DNA of 64,000 nt, taken from contig NC_042999.1 in NCBI RefSeq assembly GCF_006345805.1, positions 148,490,001 to 148,554,000 on the forward strand, read 5' to 3'. Source of the DNA: Octopus sinensis (Eukaryota). Every line of letters begins with the position of its first letter. The first letter of the stretch is position 1. Positions 42,101-53,781 of the stretch are shown piece by piece. The notes beneath the pieces are model-generated. The model saw only the letters and a list, made by a program, of their open reading frames with translations, was not told the origin of the DNA and did not search any database. The translations under genes were made by a program, and so were the position numbers.

Positions 42101-42466
42101 AATTGATATTTATTGAGTGGAAGTTATAAACCCACTTGTTTAGAAAAAATAGAATTTCCCTGAGCAGATTTGTCCTTTTTTTTCTTTGATAGCAAAAAAG
42201 ACAATAGTATTACACAAAATATTGCAGCAGCAGACAAACAGTTGTTCCTTATTGCACTTATACTGCATAGCAGTTTACAGAGTGACATGACAACCATTCA
42301 TGCTGAGAATGACACAAATACTTAACAAAAGGAATATGAAAAGTAGGCGATAATTTATGAGAGAGAGAAAGAGACAGATAGATAGATAGATATAGATAGA
42401 GAATGAGAGAAAGAGAGAGAGAGGGAGAAACAGAAAGAGAGAGACAGAGAAAACTGTAATATGTAC

Positions 42467-42686
42467 CTCAACTAAATGTGGTAGACTGTCAAAGAAGACT
42501 TCCTTATCTATAGTTAATTTGTTGTTGCAGTAGACTATATGGTAATGCTCAACTTTCCTCTGGTGACACACACACAATGTGTAGTCTCCGGGGTAATTCT
42601 GGCTTTCTCGCAGTAAAAACAACCCATCTTCCATCATTTTAAGAAGATCTTCAGCTTCTTGACGTGTGATCTTTCCATGAAACCAT
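42467..42686 (-). CDS. Csk: Csk SH2 exon B (canonical-like), 220 nt, phase 2 to 0: [73 protein letters not shown]
   Basis: Acceptor ggtttttgtag|ATGG and donor GAG|gtacat. 1+73 codons, the same length as the human CSK SH2 segment W82-E154 and about two-thirds identical to it from memory. Confidence 0.95.
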
Positions 42687-43037
42687 CTACAAAAACCGGG
42701 CAGATTACACATCACATAGGGTTTAACAGAGCCAGAATGAAAAATTGTGGAAATTCTCAAGCAAGAAAAGATAACCCAGGATTTCATTCTTCTCCTTGAA
42801 AGTAAGGGTTTTTATTAGTAAATTAGGCAATAGTGCAAACTGAAAAATGAACAGCTGTTTTCAAAAACAGTTAATAAATCCAATTGTCCATTGGTATTTA
42901 TTAAACACAGTAACACAAACCATAAAAAAAAACAAATTAATTTAAAAATAAAATTTTAAAAAATTTGTATAAATGTCAGAACTTTAAAACAAAAATATTA
43001 GTTACTGATATGCCTGATTTAATTGTTATTCACTAGC

Positions 43038-43068
<31 letters not shown>

Positions 43069-43188
43069 GTGTGTGTGTGAGCTGACAAATCAATATGAAT
43101 GCATATATCTCCAGGAGAAAAATGTACACACATTAACATATACACACACACATGTATTATATACGTATGCATATACATTACACACAGG

Positions 43189-43259
<71 letters not shown>

Positions 43260-43325
43260 TATATATCCACACATTCATGAGGATACATGAACACACATGC
43301 ACATATATACATAGATATAAATATA

Positions 43326-43364
<39 letters not shown>

Positions 43365-44078
43365 TATGCACACACACAAATATATACATGTATTTGTACA
43401 TATATATTAAATACGTACTATGTATAAAAATATGCATACATATACTATTATATATGCCATACATGTATATGCATCATACATTTGCATATAGACATATACT
43501 CAGACACAAACACACGCACGTTCCACATCATCAGATTTATATCTTGGTGAGCAGATCTTCCATACCATGGGATTTGTATTCTGGCTGTTGTTTGTGCGTT
43601 AATTATAGCAGGCTACAATTAACTAGCAAACTACACGTCACAAACAAGATGAGCAGGTCAGTGATGTTGTCTAGCTCACGTGACCAAAATACATATTTGA
43701 TGATCTGGTTCTCTAATGGCCATGATATAAATCTGATAATGCGAAACACTTTATTGGTCATTTTGTGAATGTAAAATCTACATAAAGTTATATATATATA
43801 TATATCTCAAAAGGATGTGTTATAATACTATTCCACATATGTATATAAATATCAATGTGTGTGTGTGGAGATATATGTATATGTCAATGCAGTTATATAT
43901 GTATGTATGTATGTATATATATAAATGCATTTATGAGGGTGCGTGTATTATATACATATATATACGCACACAAATTTACATATACATACATATATATGGC
44001 TCTGTATACATGTTTGTGTGTGTGTGTAAATGTATAGAAATATACACATAAATAAATACATATTTTATATATATATAT

Positions 44079-44147
<69 letters not shown>

Positions 44148-44200
44148 CATATATATATCTATAAATATAGATTCATACATAAGGTGTGCACACACACACA
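43038..44200. repeat. Compound (TG)n/(TA)n/(CA)n microsatellite field, interrupted by unique sequence at ~43510-43790
   Basis: Directly visible; it accounts for the spurious 241-aa ORF. Confidence 0.9.
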
Positions 44201-45264
44201 TTAACATGATTGATTCCCATCATGCACTTGAATTCCTTTGGAGTTTCCTTAACTCTCAATGGTCTCTACATTGAGAATCTACAGGATTTTCTAAAAGCTA
44301 AAAACCCTAATACCCAGACATTGGTTTGTGAATACCCTCTTTAGCTACTGCACAAGGAAGTTAAGCAAGTTTCCATGAAATATAGACACTGTGAGTGACA
44401 TGTAGAGTTTAGATTGGGCTATCCCTTGAAAGCATGATGTTGGGAATAGATCATTTCATGTCTTTCTTCTAAAATTCCATTCTACTGATTCAAACAATAA
44501 CTATTGAAATCGTAGCAGTCCTATGCCATTACATAAATGAAGCACATTCTTCATTTTACATATGTCATCTTCACAAGAGACCATAACTACATATGCCATT
44601 CATAATCAAATCATTGTTGTTGTTGTTGTTTGGCAGCATGTCAGCTCTGATCAAGTATTACTGTGATCAAAAGCATTCCAACCATGACCAATCTCCTTTA
44701 CCATGTTTAGTTTATTCTGGACAACAGTATCTAACGCCCTCTATTGAGAAGGTAGGGAGTGATTTTAATAATAATGATAATAATAATAATCCTTTCTGCT
44801 ATAGGTACAAGGCCAGAAATTATTGAGGAAACAGAATTTTTGAGGAAACGGAAGTCAATATTATCAACCCTGAAAGGATGAAAGGCAAATTTGACCTCAG
44901 TGGCATTTGAACTCAAAATGTAAAGATCCGGAAGGAATGCCAATGAACATTTCGTCTGAAGCGCTGATTATTCTGCCAGCTTGTTGCCTTATAAATAAAT
45001 AAAATAAATTAATTAAATAATAATAATAATCCTTTCTACTGGAAGTACAAAAGGCCCCAAATTTTGAGGAAGGGATTAAGTTGATTACATTGACCCCAGT
45101 GCGTAACTGGTACTTATTTAATTGACCCTGAAAGGATGAAAGGCAAAGTTGAGCCCGGTGGAATTTGAACTTAGAACGTAGCGATGGGCGAAATACTACT
45201 AAGCATTTTGTCCAGCGTGCTAACAATTCTGCTAGCTCACCGCTTTCAATAATAATAATAATAA

Positions 45265-45300
<36 letters not shown>

Positions 45301-45811
45301 TAATAATAATAATAATGATAATAATAATTATAATCCTTCCTACTGTTGGTACAAGGACTGAAATTTTTGGGGAGGGGATAATAACTATTATAATAATAAT
45401 AGTCATCATTTAATGTCTGTTGTCCATGCAATTACAGCAATGGCATCAAATTTTTGCATTAGTCTAGCAATTTTAGGAGGAGGGGAAAGTTGATGACATC
45501 AACCAGAGTGTCCAAATGGGAGTCATTTTATCAACCCCGATAGGATGAAAATCGATCTCGGCAGTATTTGAACTCAGAACACAGAGTGAGAAGAAAGGTT
45601 GCTAAACATTTTGTCCAGTATGTTAATGAGTCTGCCAGATTGTTGCCTCAATAATAATAATAATAATAATAATTATTATTACAGCTGCAGAAAACAGTGT
45701 TATCAGGGATGGCGAGGATACTTAAGAAGGTTCTTGGCATCCAAGGCTACTTGTTGTAACCCGATGTTAGGATTCTTTTCTTTTCCAACAGTCTAATCTG
45801 TTGAGTGTATA

Positions 45812-45848
<37 letters not shown>

Positions 45849-46068
45849 TAGTTTTGTCTAATAACAAATGCAGGATATTTCCGTTCATATTTTGAATTGC
45901 TGTATTCCTGTGTTCTTTTCATTTTTCACTTTGAAACCAAGGAATACAGACATACTGTCGAAGTACTGTTCAATTCAATATACGGAGTCCAATATCTATT
46001 ACAAATTGTATCATGCTCTTCTTATTGATTATTTATCTTTGTGAATGGTTACATCAATCTTCATAAAT

Positions 46069-46099
<31 letters not shown>

Positions 46100-49000
46100 A
46101 ATAAAAATCATAATAAAAATGATAATAATCCTTCCTACTATAGGCACAAGGCCCGAAATTTTTGGGGGAGGGGTTAAGTCGATTATATCAACCCCGATAC
46201 GCCACTGGTATTTAATTTATTGACACTAAAAGGACAAAAGGCAAAGTCGACCATGGCAGAATTTGAACTCAGAATGTAAAGACAGACAAAATGCCGCTAA
46301 GCATTTTGCCTGGTGTGGTAATGATTCTGCCAACTCACTGCCTTGATATATGATAATAATAAAGAGAAACCTACATCTATTTTTGAGATATGAACCCATG
46401 AAGTTTTAACACAATTATGTATTGTAAAATTTGCAGTTTAGTATTTTAAATAAAATAAAATAAAAACCACGAGAAAGTAAAGATTTATAAATAGATTTAC
46501 TATTTACCGGCTATAATTTCAATCCCCTCATAATATTCTTATTTATGAAGTTTGGAAATTTGCAATTTTTAACCTAAAATCTACTCTACACAAAACAATG
46601 CCTTGCATATTTATTGCTGATACATTCCAAGAGATTCAAATGGGAATAACATGCTAATCGCTGTTGTGTTTTGTCACAAGAGAACAACTTCTCCTTTACA
46701 AAGAATGTGTTTGTAACTTATCACATAAGGTACTGCCAATCTGTAATCATATCAGGTATTGCCTACCTGTTAACATATGGTGCTGCCTGCCTATTATATA
46801 GGCTGCTGTCTAACTATTATCAACTATATCTAACTTATATTTTGTGCAACCTACTGGTTATAATATAGGGTGATGCCTATCATGTGGTAAGATAATTGCT
46901 ATCATATAAAGTGCTTCCTAGGTGCTACGCTATACTAAACTGCCTAACTGTTATCACAGAGAATACTGACTATCATTACCATGTAGGATGTTGCTTATGC
47001 ATCATGTAGGATAGCACTTAACTGTTGACATACAGGATGCTGCGTAACACAATAGCAGCCTGTGTGCATATTACAAGAATCTAACTACATCCATGCAAAT
47101 CTGAAAAATGGCAAGGGCGAAAATTAAGTAGGCATTTCAATTCAGCGATAAGTAAACATCTGCATGCCTGAAAAATAAATGAATCCCAAGAATATTAGAT
47201 AAGTTAGGGTTTGAGGCAAAGGGTTGTTGCTTGTGGTGGCAGCGACAGCAGTGGTGGTAGTGGTGGTGGTGGCGGTAAAAATAAACAGTTAGAATCCAGG
47301 CTGCATCTGTGAGAGTCCAAAGCAGAAAAAAAAAAGAAAAAAAAAGAAAAATGAAAAACAAAACAAGAAAAAATTAAATGCAAAAAAAAAATAATAATAA
47401 TTGCGTACAAATGGTCATCTCTGTTGCTGTTATTATTATAATAATCATTATTATTATTACTACTTATATTAATGTATCTAATAAGAGAAGTCATTCAGAA
47501 AAGTGATTGCTGTTATTTACTAAACTAATTATTTATCTAGCAAATGTGATGATGATCAAAAGAACTCTATAGTTCTAATACTAATATTCACTAATTAGTA
47601 AAAACTAAATGAAAACCTTCAGTCACCATTCATGACACTCTCTTTCTGATAGTAATCTAGTCACTGTACAAAACGATTTAACTGTAGATGCATATTGTTA
47701 GGAAACGGGCCCCTATCACAACTGTGTAATATCCAGAATAGATATATGAACAGGAGTGGCATCGGTGCCACTTAAATCAACACTAAAGAACAGAACAGAA
47801 AGGAAATCTTTCAAAGAGAATCTATTCCTAAGTATTCTTGAATAAGTTGGTTATCGAGTTAAACTCTCAGAAATTCCAAATGCTCAAAATCTAAGCACAT
47901 TGAATGTGTGTTGCATGTACAAGTATTTTCTCAAAGACAAGATCATATTTACATATGCTTATTCGTGTGTGTGTGTGTGTGTGTGTGTGTATGTCTGTGT
48001 GTATATATATGCATGTATGTATGTGCAAAAATCTGCCAATTTTTTTTTTTTTTAATATACACTACACTTTGAAAGACAGCTGTCATAAACAAGACTGGAT
48101 ATAAAGATAAAACACAAGAGACAAACTAATGAACAAAATAAAATACAACAATAACAACAACAAAAAAATAAAACAACAATTTGACTGACATTCCAGAGAG
48201 ATGACAAGATAAACCAATTAATGACTGACGGATCCAGACTGACAATAACGGACAACCAATATATAGAGATAAGGTAAAAAAGAAAGGAAACCAATGGATT
48301 TGGTTGTAATTTCTTCAATGAAAATATACAGTTTAATTTTTCAAAAATTAAATCATTTCACAAAGCCAGAAAAAGTATAAATCCAGCTATGAGTCAATTG
48401 CTCCAAAAATGAGTTCACATCAAATTAATAATTATTTAGGTTTTTTTCTTTTTTTTTTTCCTTTTGCTTTTTTTTTTTTTGGAGTAAATCCAATTATTCA
48501 AGTTGATTACAAACATTACGGTATTTCATTTTTTATTTTTCTTTCAATGGCAATGAGGAGTATGGGATAGAGAAAGGAGGGAGGCAAGATAACAATCTAG
48601 GGAACAAAGAAGGCTGGTTGTTCTGTTCTGAGGAATTATTAAAAGAATCTCTATGAACCTGTAAGATATAGAACATCTATATATATACGTATGTATATAT
48701 GCACATCTATAAAATGGAGTCAACAAAAAAAAATAAATTGTATGGAATACAAATAGAACAGTGTGTGTGCGCACTTGTAAGTGTGGCTGTGTGTGTGTGC
48801 ATGCGCATGTAACTACATATACCTACAGACTATAAAGTAAATACTTTACTATATAATGCAATAACAGTGTTAATAGATACAGTATAAACTAAACATGACC
48901 TATCAGAACTTTAAAAAAAAACCTGAAACAGCAAAAATAACTTATAAAACTAAATAGCATTGAGTTTTAAGAATTGCAGAAGTTGGTTCTTTTATTGCAA

Positions 49001-49909
49001 AGTAACAACTGGGATGCTTAATCTATGTTATTTATGGAATAGATGATACAGAAGTGTAAGAAGACCAAACCAAGAGAAGAGCAGTGGCTCTGTTAGATGA
49101 GAAAACATTTCCAAACTACTTGAAATTGCTTTAGAGCTAAAAATGAAGGATTATTCTAATGAGCAGGAAATTCAGGAAGCTCTTCAACTATATAATTAAA
49201 TTCTAAATCACACTTAAACAGAAGTACATAATAAGGGTTCATGCCTTCAGTATAAAGCATCAATAATGAAAAAAAAAAAAAAATGACATAAATAAATAGG
49301 AATCGGACAAATGAAGAAGCTTGCTTAAGATATTCAATGCAAGAAAAAAAATAATTAATTTTCGTTTAATAAGCTCGAGAATTAATTTCTAATTATTTAA
49401 CACTCGATTATCCCAGAAATTTAATCACTGACAAAATTAGTTTCTAATTAAACTGCAAAGCTTCTAATTCAATAAACCCAATGCCGACAGAGTTATAACT
49501 GATGTATTTGAGAAAAGTGATGAGTAAATATATGAGATTGGATGCTGAGAGAGAAAAAATAAAAACATTTTTTTTTTTTAAAAACAGAACCCGCTGTAGT
49601 TTATACATTGTTGTGAATATTTGGATATGTATGTGTGGTTGGATGTTTTATGAGCTATCTCATGATTTAGTGACACATCTAGTCATAAAATATAAGTAGA
49701 GCAAAGATGCAAGTTATGCAATTATCTTCAGTTTGTTGTTTAATCACAAACTAGTAATAGCTGCAAAATATTTTCACTATCTGGCAGACATGCACAAATG
49801 TTTAATAAATCAAAAAAACAAAGAAAACTGTGTTGAGAACAGAGGCGGCTCTGATGGAAAGAACGGAGGTGCCTCCAATGAATGGAAGTATCTCCAAAGA
49901 AAAGTATAC

Positions 49910-50135
49910 CTCAACTAACTCCAGTAGAGTATCGAACTGAAGATCACCACCATCGACTTCAACCTTATTGTTAGTCTGTAGCACACGATAGTGCTCCACT
50001 ACATCCCCAGGGATGACTAGCGACAAGGTGTAATCCCCAGGGTAATGGCCATTCTCTCGTACAAGGAACGACCCTATCATGTGTCCAGCCAGAAGAGATT
50101 CTGCTTCTTCTCGGCTAACTTTTCCATGATACCAT
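49910..50135 (-). CDS. Csk: Csk alternative SH2 exon A (divergent), 226 nt, phase 2 to 0: WYHGKVSREEAESLLAGHMIGSFLVRENGHYPGDYTLSLVIPGDVVEHYRVLQTNNKVEVDGGDLQFDTLLELVE
   Basis: Acceptor gtatttgttgcag|ATGG and donor GAG|gtatac. Open frame of 1+75 codons with SH2 motifs (W.HG, FLVRE, YPGDYTL, VEHY, LVE). Same boundaries as exon B. Confidence 0.88.
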
Positions 50136-53100
50136 CTGCAACAAATACCACAGGCTGCTAAAGGAAACAGTTGCATAAAAGAACATAGAAAACATCCACA
50201 AAAGAAAAAAAAAGAAAAGAAAAGATACACAGTTAAATTAAATCATATATTAATATCAAAAGCTTTTAATTAGTTAAAAAGAACCACTCCAAAATCATAA
50301 CTGTATAAAAGACCTTCAGTGTCCTGGAAAATTTCCAGGCAATTGACATACATTTATACATAAACACATTTGTTTTTGTTGGTTTAGCATCAGATTTTTT
50401 TTTACCAATCTGCAATATAGGTTCTTTGTGTTCTTGTTGGTGGATCAACTTAGCTGGGTTTTCTTTAGCATCTCTCTCTCTCTCACACCTTTTCAATGAC
50501 TGTAATGTCACTCAACTCCACTAATTAAACCACTCATTCACGTTGTATGTCCATAATAATGCAGCCATTTTTCTTTCAGGCATTAACCAAAGATTTCTCA
50601 AGTTCACCTTCACTAAACCTGTCCTTCAACTTGATCATAGAACATACTTTCATGGCTATACACCCACCATATATCAGGTTCATGCTTCACAAAATGAGTG
50701 TTTCATATAGAACCAATTTAACTTCAACAGACATAACAGTTCAATAAATTTTTACTCACTTTGTACCTAAAACACAACCACTTGATGTTCATTAAACTGT
50801 TCAAGTAAAAAACATTTATCTATAGCCTTCTGCAAGCTCTGCTCCAAGTAGTCCCTTACAGCATACACTTAGGACAACAGGGAGCCTCTACATGGTCACA
50901 CGACCTGCTAGAAATAGCAGCCATATATATCAAAACAAACCCAACTGTCTTAGAAAAGAACACAATGTGGTCCTGGGTTTCTTTGCATGAAGGAAGCTGG
51001 GATAGTTGTGGCAGAAATCCCTTTGATCACAGGTCTGTTCAATGAAAGCTGACCTGGAGATTAATGAACAACCACAATAATTGCAATAACTGATGAGATC
51101 TACTAATTGCACCTAATTGCTCAGCTGACAACTTTAGAACTACTTATATGTCATAGATCTGGTCATACTGGACTGACTAGGAAGAGGGGGGAAATTTACA
51201 ATTAGAATTTCACAGAACCTTTGTGGTTGTGAGTGTTTTTTTTTTTTTTTACATTAATTATTGTCAAAACAAGACAGAGACAATCAACCAACAATTTGGT
51301 TGAATAATTTCAATCAATTTTGATTGGCTAATTAGCAGAGTCATCAGAGCATTAGATAGAATGCTTTGTGATATTAATTTTTTCTGATTCTCTGTGCTTT
51401 GAGTTCAAGTTCTCCAAGGTCAGTTTTGCTTTTCATTCATTCAGGAATGATAAAAAGAAAGTAGTACCCATCCAAGGGTACTGTAAAGACGTCTGGTTCT
51501 TGTGTTCTGAGTTGAAATGCTGTCATGGCTTACTTTGGATATTTCTTACAAGGGAGAAATGACCCTACAGAGCCCAACCCCTAACATGTTGATCCACCTG
51601 CTTCTTGAGTTTGATGGAAGACTATTAGAGGTACTATTAGAGGTACACTTAAGCCCTATTGAAAATATTTTACATTGGAAATTCTGCACATTTCTTCCAC
51701 AACACATAAAATACAAACATACATAAACATCAAATAATAGTATCATACAATTGACAACATTATTCAGAAATATTAGAAATTAAAAATAAGTGATTTATTA
51801 CAGTTTACCTTTATTACTGGAATGGAACTCCAAAAGAAAATAAATAAATAAATAAAATAAAAGGTAAAGAGAATTTTAAAAAAACAACATTTCAATTCTT
51901 AAATGTTGAAAATGTGATGAGTAAGGAAGACACTTCACAGAAAAAAAAAGCCAAAATAAACAAAGAAACAAAACAAAAAACAAACAAACAAACACATGAG
52001 CCAGAGCATTTGTGTTGCTATGATCTCAGTTTCTACTATGGCTATTGCATGGTAGATGCAGGTAATCCTTTGCTTAAACACCACCACCTGACCCATAACT
52101 ACCTTTAGCAATGTATGAAGTCATTTTGTAAGAAATTTCAACCAGATGTCTACTCTGAGGATAACTTCCTTCCTCTCACCAATCCCAGAGATCCTAAGCA
52201 ATAATATATACACTCAACCCCGTTTAAAAGCCTCTAAAGGATTTATACAACCGGGTGATTAGTAGTTTTGTGGTGAATGGAAAGGAGATAAATCTGTGAT
52301 GGCCAGTATTTTCATAAGCTAACATTACCAGTTGCTCTGGTACTTCTTATACCCATGGCTGGTTCATATACGATATTGTTCTGATCTGAACCATCAGCAA
52401 CAAAACACCAGCAATAGATTTGAACTCCCAATTCATGAAAAAAACCAACTTTACCTATTCTAAAATAATATAAAGAGAGCCCCTTGGGAGATCATTCAAG
52501 CAGCTAGAAACAGTAGACAAATTTCTAACCAATCACACAGTGTATTAGAAAAGAAAAGCAGGTCACAACTGGAACTCTTGGCTGAGCTGACCTGGTACTA
52601 ACATTAACAAAACAGCTGTCAATCTCACCTCAGTATTCATTGGTTGTTACTAAATAATATAATAGTATCCAGTAGTTAAACAACTGACTGTTCTTCCTGC
52701 TTCAATAAATATTCTTAAAAGTTGAATAATATAATTTACTTGAAGCAAAGTGGAATACAACTAAATCTAATTAAGAAAACCACGATACACTGTTGGAAGT
52801 AAATGAGTAACAACAGAAGTTTACACAGTTTTGCCAGTTTTGCCAAGTGCAAAATATTTCAATTTACAGTGGAAGGTAAATGTAACTTAAAAGCAATTTG
52901 CTTTTCTTTTGTGTTTTTTTTTAACTAGTACCTTAACTGTACAGCATTAATAGGGTTGTAGAATGCAGGAGCTTATCTTCATTTCGTCAGGCACTTCCTT
53001 TCTATGGAAAGCTGTAAGTCTAATGCAGATCTATCCCTTGCTAAGAATGGTGATCAGCACAAACAGAAGACAAAAATGTTTGTCAGTTATGCAGTGCTTT

Positions 53101-53680
53101 CCGGCATATAACAGTGTGTTTCACCTTCTCATAGTACTTAATCTTACAACTAATAGGTAAGCTACAAAAAGTTAACTGCTTTTTGTCAAAAGTAAAACAC
53201 TGTAAAGAGTGAGATGATACAGGGTAGACTACCCAGCCATTAGGTTGGCATATCATGGACTCTGTGACAATCTGTGGGTCTTTAATGGAGAAAGGGTTAC
53301 AGTACATATATCAATAGATTGAAAACAATTATTATTATCATTATTGTATTATTATTATTATTAAAGCAGTGAAGTGATAGAAATGGTAGAAGGCCAGACC
53401 AAGTGTCTAGCATTATCTTAATTTTCTCTTTAAGCTTTAACTGAGGTCAAATCTACCTTCTATCATTCCAAAGTTGGTAACATACTAGTCGTGTTTTGGA
53501 GATGACTAAATCCTCTAAAATTCAATAATAATAATAAAGAATAATATGATAATGATAATATTTTGATTTTTGCAACAATAATGAGTACAACAACAACAAT
53601 AATAATAATATAATTGTTAACAACCAACAAAAAGGCAGATAAAACATGGAATAACAAGATAAATAAAGTAGATTACTTAC

Positions 53681-53781
53681 GGCATAGTCTGTAAGGAGAC
53701 TTCTTGTCTCTTTTGAACATAATTTGCTGGAATCATTCCTTCTCTGCCATATGAATTTTTAGCTTGGTACCAATTAGGGTC
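53681..53781 (-). CDS. Csk: Csk exon: SH3 C-terminal half ([33 protein letters not shown]+CC), 101 nt, phase 0 to 2
   Basis: ttttag acceptor and GTAAGT donor. The peptide closely resembles human [29 protein letters not shown] (recalled). Confidence 0.95.

Noticed and set aside
43043-43768. 241-aa ORF and similar I/Y/C/V/M-rich ORFs (e.g. 36809-37258, 63073-63444)
   Set aside because: Translations of microsatellite or triplet repeats.
47754-47774. Minus-strand AAGTGGCACCGA matches the SpCas9 sgRNA scaffold and forms a small hairpin
   Set aside because: A 12-nt match with no further scaffold sequence; coincidence.
48197-48273. Plus-strand ag...gt exon-like segment (RDDKINQLMTDGSRL...)
   Set aside because: No partner exons or recognisable domain, and no polypyrimidine tract.
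42727-49852. 7-8 bp pairing CAGAGCC(G) downstream of exon A with (U)GGCUCUG upstream of exon B
   Set aside because: Too short to distinguish from chance.
42467-50135. Tandem-SH2 Csk from direct A-to-B splicing
   Set aside because: Phase 0 to phase 2 gives [11 protein letters not shown]. The candidate acceptor at 47167 has no donor restoring phase 2, and the one at 47782 stops immediately in phase 0. A hidden linker exon is not fully excluded.
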